Virus record (IMG/VR): IMGVR_UViG_3300028194_000318
Span: 1-63,194 of that record
Strand: one strand, 5' to 3'
From: a virus
Taxonomy: Duplodnaviria > Caudoviricetes
Length of the DNA: 63,194 nt
Both the position numbers and the translations under genes were made by a program. The notes under the pieces are model-generated. The model did not search any database. It saw only the letters and a program-made list of their open reading frames with translations, and had not been told where the DNA came from. Shown piece by piece: positions 10,412 to 18,600 of the stretch (position 1 is the first letter of the stretch; each line of letters starts with the position of its first letter).

Positions 10412-11389
10412 TTAAAAGAGATCATCTAAGGTGATACTCTTGCTTTTTTTATTATAGTCTACACTCTTTTTGTAAAAGAAGTCTCCCTCTTTTGTTCCAG
10501 TGATTTCTATGTCAAACCACTCTACTGATTTCAATAAATCTTCATTGACATTAAAGATTGGTTTCATACCTATCTTTTCTAATGAATTATTAAATCTATT
10601 TTTTATAAAGTGACGTATAGTTTCTTTAGGTAAGAAACTTAATTCACCTTGCTCAAATATCCAATCAAGGATACCACACTCTGCTTCATATGCTTTTCTA
10701 CATGCAGAATCAATAAGCTCTTCAAACTCTGAGTCAAACCATTCAGGGTTTTCTTTTTTAATAATATTAATTATCTCAGCACCAAAGTTACCGTGTATCT
10801 CTTCCTCTTTACTGGTAGCTTCAACAACGTTAGATATACCTTTGAGTACATTCATTTCTTTGTTAAAACTCATCATAATTAAGAACTGACTAAATAAACT
10901 TACATGCTCTATAAATAAAGAAAATAACAATACAGATTTAGTATACATTTTGTTATCTCTAGATCTAGTACCATCTAGATACTTTCTTAAGTACTTGATT
11001 CTGTTTGCAATAGCAGGTTCTTCTACAACATTTTTAAACTCATCTTCAAGACCAAGGATTCTAAGCAGTCTTGCATAAGCATCTTTGTGTCTTACCTCTG
11101 ACTCTGCAAAGGTAAAGCCTACATCTCCTACCTCAGTGATTGGCATTCTTTTATATAGGTCTCCCCAGAATGTTTTGACATTAACTTCAATCTGAGCAAT
11201 TGCTAGCATTGTTTTCTTTATAACATCTTTCTGGTTAGAGTTTATATTAATTTTAAAATCTTGTATATCTTCAGTAAAATTAAATTCTGTATCAATCCAA
11301 TAAGAATGTCTAATAGCATCTTTATATGCTAATAGTTGTGGGTATTCATATGGCAGGATATTTACTCTAGGTTCAAAGATGTTTTTCAT
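10412..11389 (-). CDS. nrdB: Class I ribonucleotide reductase beta subunit (class Id-like)
   Basis: E68-x3-K72, E98-x2-H101, Y105, FIEH and EEEIH ferritin-like ligands. Confidence 0.95.
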   Translation of the reverse strand: MKNIFEPRVNILPYEYPQLLAYKDAIRHSYWIDTEFNFTEDIQDFKININSNQKDVIKKTMLAIAQIEVNVKTFWGDLYKRMPITEVGDVGFTFAESEVRHKDAYARLLRILGLEDEFKNVVEEPAIANRIKYLRKYLDGTRSRDNKMYTKSVLLFSLFIEHVSLFSQFLIMMSFNKEMNVLKGISNVVEATSKEEEIHGNFGAEIINIIKKENPEWFDSEFEELIDSACRKAYEAECGILDWIFEQGELSFLPKETIRHFIKNRFNNSLEKIGMKPIFNVNEDLLKSVEWFDIEITGTKEGDFFYKKSVDYNKKSKSITLDDLF

Positions 11390-11409
11390 AATAGTAATTT
11401 ATAAGGGTT

Positions 11410-11445
11410 AAAAAAGCTGCACATCCACTGAAGAGTTGTGCAGCT
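11410..11445 (-). terminator. Hairpin plus U-tract in the nrdB leader
   Basis: AGCTGCACA (11415-11423) pairs with TGTGCAGCT (11437-11445). A T-run follows on the minus strand. Confidence 0.6.
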
Positions 11446-11489
11446 ACTTGGTATATATAATGTAATAAATTTTGATTAGACAGAAAAGT

Positions 11490-11678
11490 CTAAGCCAGCA
11501 ATTTTACATAAGTTATTGTAAAAAAAATAAATCCTAATTCCAGGCCACCTATTGAACGGTACTGTTCATCACTACAAAGTACTTCACAATTAATGATTCT
11601 AATACCAAATAAAGTTTCTGTAGGAAGAAATTCAATGTTTAATTTATGTTTGAAATTAAGATGATTTATTTTATCCAT
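11490..11678 (-). CDS. Small beta-rich hydrophobic protein
   Basis: 62-aa ORF downstream of a TATCTTTG promoter, with C-terminal LELGFIFFTITY. Confidence 0.55.
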   Translation of the reverse strand: MDKINHLNFKHKLNIEFLPTETLFGIRIINCEVLCSDEQYRSIGGLELGFIFFTITYVKLLA

Positions 11679-11724
11679 ATGTTATATGTTAAGGGTTAAT
11701 GTTTAATTTAGTGATTAAAATTTT

Positions 11725-11740
11725 GTATATTATATACATA
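11725..11740 (+). promoter_or_regulatory. Putative late promoter motif
   Basis: GTATATTATATACATA. Confidence 0.45.
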
Positions 11741-11760
11741 AGTTTGATCTCTAAGCTTTA

Positions 11761-11768
11761 CAAAGATA
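11761..11768 (-). promoter_or_regulatory. Bacteroidetes sigma70 -7 element TAnnTTTG
   Basis: TATCTTTG on the minus strand, upstream of the 11678 ORF and nrdBA. Confidence 0.65.
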
Positions 11769-11811
11769 GCATTAATATGTGTCAATGAGTTGCTTAAGTG
11801 ATACAAAATTT

Positions 11812-11827
11812 GTATATTATTTATATA
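11812..11827 (+). promoter_or_regulatory. Putative late promoter motif
   Basis: GTATATTATTTATATA, about 20 nt before the ATG at 11848. Confidence 0.5.
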
Positions 11828-11847
11828 GTGTAAAAAATAAGGTTATT

Positions 11848-12102
11848 ATGTTTAAAAAATTTATAAATGTATTATGGACATATAGTGCTCAAGATTATTG
11901 GAGAGCTGTATGGTCTAAAACATCAGTTGATGAAAAAGCTGAAAAGACTTTGGTAGAAATAGTTAAACGCTATAAGCTTACAGCTGCTGAGTTAGCTGAT
12001 GTAGGTAGAGCAATCAAAGAAGTTGGTAGTCAACTTGGAGACCTTGGTGGTGCAGTTAAAGGTAAAGCCAGAAAAGGTAGAAAGAAAAAAGAGAGTAAGT
12101 AA
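11848..12102 (+). CDS. Small helical protein with basic tail
   Basis: Start reassigned to MFKKFINVLW, after the promoter motif. C-terminus KGKARKGRKKK. Confidence 0.7.
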   Translation: MFKKFINVLWTYSAQDYWRAVWSKTSVDEKAEKTLVEIVKRYKLTAAELADVGRAIKEVGSQLGDLGGAVKGKARKGRKKKESK

Positions 12103-12236
12103 TGGCCAAAATATTAACGGGGAATTATGTTAAACCTTCAAGAAGGAAAAGACCAGGCATACACTCAAAGACAAAAGCTTCTAATTTAAAAGGGAGTAAA
12201 AATTATTTAAAACAATATAAAGGTCAAGGAAGATGA
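12102..12236 (+). CDS. 44-aa basic peptide ending YKGQGR (not in ORF track)
   Basis: MAKILTGNYVKPSRRKRPGIHSKTKASNLKGSKNYLKQYKGQGR. TAATG overlap with the upstream gene. Confidence 0.75.
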   Translation: MAKILTGNYVKPSRRKRPGIHSKTKASNLKGSKNYLKQYKGQGR

Positions 12237-12334
12237 GAAATATTTGTATACTAATTAAGTGGTTAACCTTTGGCAAAGTTTGCTTGGGGCATTGTAAAAA
12301 GGAAGTTTGTAAAAAATCTAAATGTAAAGACTAA
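12233..12334 (+). CDS. 33-aa Cys/Lys-rich peptide (not in ORF track)
   Basis: MRNICILIKWLTFGKVCLGHCKKEVCKKSKCKD. ATGA and TAATG coupling on the two sides. Confidence 0.6.
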   Translation: MRNICILIKWLTFGKVCLGHCKKEVCKKSKCKD

Positions 12335-12477
12335 TGGACTGGCAACTAGAGATAGCATTTCACTGGCCTCACAATAGATTTGCATTAGGTTGGGAATATA
12401 TTGCAAAAGATGAAGAGTATGATTATAGTACAATTAAATTGTATCTAGTAATAGCAACATTAACTTTTGATTATTAA
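12334..12477 (+). CDS. 47-aa aromatic beta-strand peptide (not in ORF track)
   Basis: MDWQLEIAFHWPHNRFALGWEYIAKDEEYDYSTIKLYLVIATLTFDY. Translationally coupled. Confidence 0.7.
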   Translation: MDWQLEIAFHWPHNRFALGWEYIAKDEEYDYSTIKLYLVIATLTFDY

Positions 12478-12485
12478 AAAGAATA

Positions 12486-12674
12486 ATGGGTAAGAATAAA
12501 AATAGTTTAGTGGTAGGAAAGCTTTCAAGACAAAAGTCAAAACTTCTTATGAGATCAGGCGGTGAATTAGCTGAGATGGTAATGGGAAGTATTGAAAAGT
12601 TTTCTAAAGGGGGAAAGAAAAAACTAGGTGGAGGAACGCATAATACATATAGTGGTAAAAGCAAAAAGAAATGA
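12486..12674 (+). CDS. Small basic protein with xxGG motifs
   Basis: Lys-rich, with MRSGG, FSKGG and KKLGG. Confidence 0.7.
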   Translation: MGKNKNSLVVGKLSRQKSKLLMRSGGELAEMVMGSIEKFSKGGKKKLGGGTHNTYSGKSKKK

Positions 12675-13789
12675 ACATTTTAACTGACATACTAAGTTTA
12701 ATTAAACGTGGAGTATATGCTGAGAAAGCAGGGGTTAATGATGTTTTAGTTTTAGGTGTCAATGAAGAACCTGAAATGACAGGTGTGGCATCTCCTATAC
12801 CATATAAAAGTGTTAAGCTTATAAAAGTAAAAGATTTTAAGGTTGCTGCTTCTAACTGTGAGTATAAAAACTCTCCTACAGTTCCTGCATCAGGTACTGG
12901 ACAAGTATATCAGAAAACTGATATTGATGCAACAACACAAGCCTGCACTGTTTTTTTTAGATCTCTAAAGTCAATGAGCAGCAACCTAACTCTTGCAACA
13001 TCATCTGATGATAATTATATAGAAATAACAACAGAGGGTGAGCCAAATCTTGCAGCTAATGTTGGAAGTGGAGCAGAAGTATGGAAAAATAAAGTTGGTG
13101 AAACATTAAACTTTAGAAGTATAGTACAGGGAAGCAATATAAGTGTAGCACAAAGTACAAATGAAATATCACTTAGTGTTCCTGCAGGTGGAGGTTTAAG
13201 CCTAACTACAACCGGAACATCTGGAGCAGCAACATTAAGCAGTGGTGTTTTAAATATCCCCAACTATGCAACAGGCGGTGGTGGTGGTATGACAAGCTTT
13301 AATGTATATGATGAGAATCCAGGTGGTGCAGGACCAGGCTTTACTGTAAATGATTCAGATAATGTTTTATTTTGGGGACGTAATGGAGTAGGAACAATAA
13401 CTGGTGTTCCTTTAGGTTCAACAGCTAATCCTAAGTCAGTAGCAGTAGGATTAGATCATTATTATAAAGCATATGTATGTAAGATAAGTCAAAGTCTTAC
13501 TAATGACCCAACAGAGACTATAGTATATAATGACACAGGATTAACATTAACATGGTCAAGAGTGGGTATAGGACAATATAGAGCAACTTGGTCTACACCA
13601 ATAACTGCTGGAGATGACTTTGTAATAAACCCTATGCCAGTATTTAAAAATGCTCCTAACAGTATAAATGTAATTGCGGCTACTAATTCTAGTTTTACAG
13701 TAGTTACTAATAAGCTTGATTTAAATTTAGCACCTGAAGAAGATAGTGTATTAGAAAATACACCAATAGAAATAAGAATTTATCAATAA
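12671..13789 (+). CDS. Fibre-like structural protein with shared N-terminal anchor domain
   Basis: G/T/S-rich. Carries one SLTTTGTSGAATLSSGVLNIP repeat shared with the 15655 gene. Confidence 0.7.
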   Translation: MNILTDILSLIKRGVYAEKAGVNDVLVLGVNEEPEMTGVASPIPYKSVKLIKVKDFKVAASNCEYKNSPTVPASGTGQVYQKTDIDATTQACTVFFRSLKSMSSNLTLATSSDDNYIEITTEGEPNLAANVGSGAEVWKNKVGETLNFRSIVQGSNISVAQSTNEISLSVPAGGGLSLTTTGTSGAATLSSGVLNIPNYATGGGGGMTSFNVYDENPGGAGPGFTVNDSDNVLFWGRNGVGTITGVPLGSTANPKSVAVGLDHYYKAYVCKISQSLTNDPTETIVYNDTGLTLTWSRVGIGQYRATWSTPITAGDDFVINPMPVFKNAPNSINVIAATNSSFTVVTNKLDLNLAPEEDSVLENTPIEIRIYQ

Positions 13790-13793
13790 AATT

Positions 13794-14204
13794 ATGCCAA
13801 ACTTTATAACAAAATTATTTTCAAGCGGAGCAACTAAATTAGTTGAAGGAATAGGTGGTGTCTTAGATGAGCTTATTACTTCTAAAGATGAAAAGCTAGC
13901 AGCTGAATTAAAGATAAAAGAATTAGTAGCAAAACATGAAGCAGAAATGGAAAAAGAAATTTCTTCTAGATGGGCTGCTGATATGACCAGTGATAGCTGG
14001 CTATCAAAGAATGTTAGACCTATGGTTCTTATTTTCTTAGTAGTGTCAACAGTATTATTAGTATTTATAGATGCAGGAGTAATTGAGTTTGAAGTAAAAG
14101 CTAGTTGGGTAGATCTACTACAACTGGTTTTAATAACAGTAATAGGAGCCTACTTTGGTGGAAGGTCAATTGAAAAAGTTAGAAAAAATAAAGATGGGAA
14201 ATAA
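13794..14204 (+). CDS. Holin, 3TM (GTA-holin-like)
   Basis: DSWLSKNVRPMVLIFL...YFGGRSIEKV signature with hydrophobic helices. Confidence 0.8.
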   Translation: MPNFITKLFSSGATKLVEGIGGVLDELITSKDEKLAAELKIKELVAKHEAEMEKEISSRWAADMTSDSWLSKNVRPMVLIFLVVSTVLLVFIDAGVIEFEVKASWVDLLQLVLITVIGAYFGGRSIEKVRKNKDGK

Positions 14205-14484
14205 GAAATCAAGAAATAAAAAACGCATGCAAGCATATGCTAAAGGAGGTGGTCTTATGGGCTATACTACAGGTGGTAGTGTTTTGGATGAAAAACAACT
14301 TGGTGGAATAGTTAAAGCTGTTAAACCTTTTATAAAGAAAGCTGCAAGTAAACTAAAAAAAATCTATACAGACTATAAAGGAACAACTTATGATCCAAAG
14401 TTATTAGAAAATACAGGATATGCTAGAAAAGTAGATCTTGAACAAGGAATTAAAAATAGAAAACAAGCAACGGGATCAAATTAA
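14194..14484 (+). CDS. Small basic protein with xxGG motifs
   Basis: Start MGNKKSRN. Contains YAKGGGLMGYTTGG and KQLGG. Confidence 0.7.
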   Translation: MGNKKSRNKKRMQAYAKGGGLMGYTTGGSVLDEKQLGGIVKAVKPFIKKAASKLKKIYTDYKGTTYDPKLLENTGYARKVDLEQGIKNRKQATGSN

Positions 14485-14509
14485 TATTAACAATTTAAAA
14501 TTAGAAATT

Positions 14510-14761
14510 ATGGGAAAAGCAAAAGTAGTAAAGTATCAAGGTGGAGGTGGATTCACTTACGGAGCAGGAGATGGTGACATTACTCCACAAAAAGCAAACA
14601 TGGAATCAATGGCCAAAGGTGGTGGTTTAATGGGCTTCACAACTGGTGGGGGTGTCATGGACGGAATGATGGATAAGAAAGGAAAAGGTGGTGGTACCGG
14701 AAAAGGTAATGCTAGAAAAAACAAACCACCAGGTAGTAGACTGGCTTATGACGCACTATAA
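14510..14761 (+). CDS. Small Gly/Met/Lys-rich protein with xxGG motifs
   Basis: Start MGKAKVV. Contains YQGGG and MAKGGGLMGFTTGG. Confidence 0.7.
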   Translation: MGKAKVVKYQGGGGFTYGAGDGDITPQKANMESMAKGGGLMGFTTGGGVMDGMMDKKGKGGGTGKGNARKNKPPGSRLAYDAL

Positions 14762-14764
14762 AAA

Positions 14765-14977
14765 ATGCCAGCTAAAAAGAAATCAGCTTCTAAGAAGAAC
14801 TGGATAAAAGGAGCAATTAAAAAGCCAGGTGCTTTAAAAGCTACTGCTAAAAGAGCAGGGGCAATGAAAGCTGATGGAACTATTAAGAAAAGCTGGCTTA
14901 GGGAAAAGGCAAAAGGGACTGGTAAGACAGCACAACGTGCTAGGCTTGCTTTAACTTTAGGTAAAATGAAAAAATAA
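14765..14977 (+). CDS. Small highly basic protein
   Basis: KNWIKGAIKKPGALK...RARLALTLGKM. About one third Lys/Arg. Confidence 0.8.
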   Translation: MPAKKKSASKKNWIKGAIKKPGALKATAKRAGAMKADGTIKKSWLREKAKGTGKTAQRARLALTLGKMKK

Positions 14978-14978
14978 T

Positions 14979-15062
14979 ATGAATAATAGAACTCAATGTA
15001 TATGTGGAAACACTCAGAATCCTGATGGACTCTGTGATGGATCACATCTACTTAATAAATAA
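14979..15062 (+). CDS. 27-aa CDGSH-type [2Fe-2S]-binding micro-protein (not in ORF track)
   Basis: MNNRTQCICGNTQNPDGLCDGSHLLNK. Exactly fills the gap between two genes. Confidence 0.75.
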   Translation: MNNRTQCICGNTQNPDGLCDGSHLLNK

Positions 15063-15067
15063 TAATC

Positions 15068-15289
15068 ATGGCAAAAAAAATATCATTCCCAATGGGAGAC
15101 GGTAAAGTAGAGAATGGGTACTATAACCCTACTTCTGTATATCAGAAGACTTTACAAAAAAGAAATGCAAAAGCAGTAGCTAAAAGACAAAGACTTGCAA
15201 AAGCAGGAATCAAATGTGATATGGATTCTACTAGAGCAGCTGAGCCTGTTCAATCTAAAGCTTTTAGAAACGGATATAGAAATAGTTAA
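15068..15289 (+). CDS. Small basic hypothetical protein
   Basis: 73-aa ORF in the operon, with an A-rich leader. Confidence 0.7.
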   Translation: MAKKISFPMGDGKVENGYYNPTSVYQKTLQKRNAKAVAKRQRLAKAGIKCDMDSTRAAEPVQSKAFRNGYRNS

Positions 15290-15299
15290 AAAATAAAAC

Positions 15300-15644
15300 A
15301 TGGCAATATTAACAGCACAACAAATAAGTCAAGCTGGTTTGGAACCTACAACGGTTACTCCGGCTGCAGGTGGTGATACACTTGCAAATACAGCAGTTCA
15401 ATTTTTTCATGTGGCTAATGGTGGAGGAGTAGCTATGACAGCTACAGTTGTACCAGTAGTGACAACAGTTGTAGATCCTTTATTGGGTACACTGAAAAAA
15501 GAAAATGCAGTACTCAGCTTAGCGGCTGGTGAAGAAGGTTTTTTAGGACCTTTTGAAGTTGATGCATTTAATGATGTCAATGGTAATATAACAATAACAT
15601 GTTCAGCAACAGCTAGTGTGAAACTATCTGCACTGTACTTATAA
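15300..15644 (+). CDS. Small beta-rich structural (decoration-like) protein
   Basis: A/T/V/G-rich all-beta pattern, located next to the fibre genes. Confidence 0.55.
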   Translation: MAILTAQQISQAGLEPTTVTPAAGGDTLANTAVQFFHVANGGGVAMTATVVPVVTTVVDPLLGTLKKENAVLSLAAGEEGFLGPFEVDAFNDVNGNITITCSATASVKLSALYL

Positions 15645-15654
15645 ATAAAAAACA

Positions 15655-18600
15655 ATGGGATCATTATTACAAGATGTAATTGGATTATTTTCCAAAAAGA
15701 AATATGCACCAAAACCATATGATGTAAACAAAGAAGGTAAGGAAGACTACCTAGTACTATCTACAAAACAAGATAGTTCTTTAAACGTTATGGCATATTT
15801 ACCTAAGTTAGATCAAGAGTTAATCTCTATATTTGACTTAGCCACAGCAATCAATGGTGCAGGAAATACTACTTATGATTTTGCTAATGCTGACCTAGGT
15901 GGAAAAACAAACCTAAATCTTACTGGTTCAGATGGTACTGTAGATACAGTAAGTCTTGTAGGAGGAACAGGTGTTACTATTGCAAGCACAGGATCTGATG
16001 TTGAGTTTAGTGTTACAGCAGGAACTTATGTAGAATGTACAGGAACCAACACTGCTAACGCAATACCTATGTGGAACGGGGGTACTTGTTCTCTTGATGA
16101 TAGTAATATTACTTATGATGGCAACAACATGTACATTTTGGAGTCTGGTAAAAAATTCCAAGTAGGTTGGTTAAATATGTCAACTTCAGGAGTTATAGAT
16201 ACATCTAATGGTACAGGAGCAGTTGGTCAAGTTCTTACAGTAGCTGCTAGTGGTCAATTAGAATGGACTACAAACGGTACTGGTTCTATGAGCTCATGGA
16301 ATGTAGGTGGTGAAGGTGGTTTTTCAGTAACAGATGGAGAAAGTGTTTTATTTATAGGAGGAGCAAAGCTTACTTCTATAGCTAACAATGGAAATGAATC
16401 AGTTACATTTAGTCATAATAATACAACTAGAGTTGACACAAACTCAGCAGTATCACCTGCTGCAGGTGGTACATTTACAGTAGTAGATTCTATTACACAA
16501 GATGCTACAGGTCATCCCACGGCAGTTAATGTTAAGACAGTAACTTTACCAAACCCATCTGATGATAATACAACATATGATCTTACAGGTGCAGCAAACG
16601 GTTCTAGCTATGAAGTAAAATTAACAGGATCAGATGCAACAGTAGATACAATATCATTTAATCCAGGAGGAGGTGTAACTCTAACTGATGAAGGAGGTAA
16701 TAATGTTAAAATTAATGTTCCAGAAGGAACGGTTACTAGTGTATCAGGAGGTTTAGGAACAACTGTAACAGGAACTGGAAGTGTAGCTCCAGTAGTGAAT
16801 ATAGATTACGCAGGAAATGATAATGCAATAATTATTGCACCAACAACAACCCCAGTAGCAGATGATTATATATGGTTTAGTGATACTAGTGATAATGGTG
16901 ATATTAAAAAAGGATTAATATCAAACCTTCCAGGAGGAAGTGGTGGAGTAACTCAAATTGTAGCAGGTACTAATGTAAGTATAAGCCCATCAGGTGGTAC
17001 GGGTGTTGTTACTATAAACTCAACTGATAACTTTAGTGGTACAGTTACTTCTGTAACAGGAGGAACAAGTACTTTTATAACTAATACTGTAGTGAACCCT
17101 TCAACTGTTCCAGTACTAACATCTACGTTAAGTGCAACCGGGACAGCAAACGCAACTTCTTTTTTAAGAGGAGACAATGTTTGGGCAACTATTCCAGGTG
17201 GTGATACAACATACAACTTAGGTGTACCAGCAGCTACTACACAAATTAATTTAAATGGGAGTGACGGAACAAATACTCCTGTAACTATAACAGGTGGAAC
17301 TAATGTAACAGTTACCAGAACTTCTGGTACTGAGCTTACAATAGATTCTACTGATCAATATAGTGGTACAGTTACAACTGTTTCTTCTACCACGGCAGGT
17401 GATGCATTAGACGTTGCAGTAACAAATCCTACAACAACTCCTGATTTAGCATTTACTTTTGCAGGTGCTGCAGGAGATTATATTAATGGTCTAGGTAATT
17501 TAGTTACTTTTCCATCAATACCTTCAGTTCCAGCAGACATAGTTAATACAGTAACCACAACAGATGGTAACTTTATTGACCTTACACCAGATGCAGCAGT
17601 AACTGGATCAGTAACAGTAACAGCTGATCTTTCAGCAACAGGTACTGCAGATGCTACTACATATTTAAGGGGTGATAATACTTGGGCTGCTATTCCTGCA
17701 GGGGGTTCAGTAACAAGTGTTGGTGCTACAACAACAGGTGATGCTTTAAATGTAGCTAACTCACCTATAACAAACAATGGTACACTAGCTTTCTCATGGA
17801 CAGGTGATGCTACACAATATATAAATGGAGCGGGTGATAAAGTTTTATTAAGTACATTACCTCAAGGTGCAGTAACAAGTTTGACAACAACTGGAACAAG
17901 TGGAGCATCAACGTTGAATTCAGGAGTTTTAAATATACCTAATTACGCTAATACACAAAATTCTTTAACTACAACAGGAACTGGTGCTGCAACACTTGTT
18001 GGTACTGTTCTAAACATACCTACTCCAGTTATACCATTTACAAGTTTAACTACTACGGGTAGTTCAGGTGCAGCTACATTAAATAGTGGAGTTCTTAATA
18101 TACCTCAGTACGGTGGAGGAAGCACATATGGAGCAGGCCCAGGTTTAATACTTAATACTACACCAACCCCTGATCAATTTGAATTAGATTATGTTGGAAC
18201 AGATAACTACATATACCGTCAGCCTACAAAATCAATTACTTCAGCTGATTTCTTACCATGGACAGATGCTGCTGCAACTCCAAATGTATTTAAAACATCA
18301 CCTGCAGCTATTATTAATGCAGGTCTGTCTTTAACAACTACAGGTTCAAGTGGTGCTGCAACATTAAGTTCATCAGGAGTATTAAATATCCCACAATATT
18401 CTGGAGGAGGTGGTGGTTTTACTAGTTTTGATATAACAGATAATACTACTACACAAACTATAACTAGTGGTTCTACTATAGAATTTACCAAAGCTAATCT
18501 TGCTTCAACTGAAGGTGGTCTTACAATTGCTGTAAGTGCAACTGATAAAGTAACAATAGGTGTAAATGCTTTAGGTACTGATAACTTAATTTTATCTAGA

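Noticed and set aside
11428-11435. CTGAAGAG resembling a hammerhead ribozyme core (also CTGATGG near 44907)
   Set aside because: No stem II plus GAAA partner or correct three-stem topology.
11779-11847. ORF-track N-terminal extensions (11779, 14155, 14438, 24211, 29032, 44893, 10425)
   Set aside because: They overlap promoters, RNA structures or neighbouring genes. Downstream ATGs with A-rich leaders fit better.
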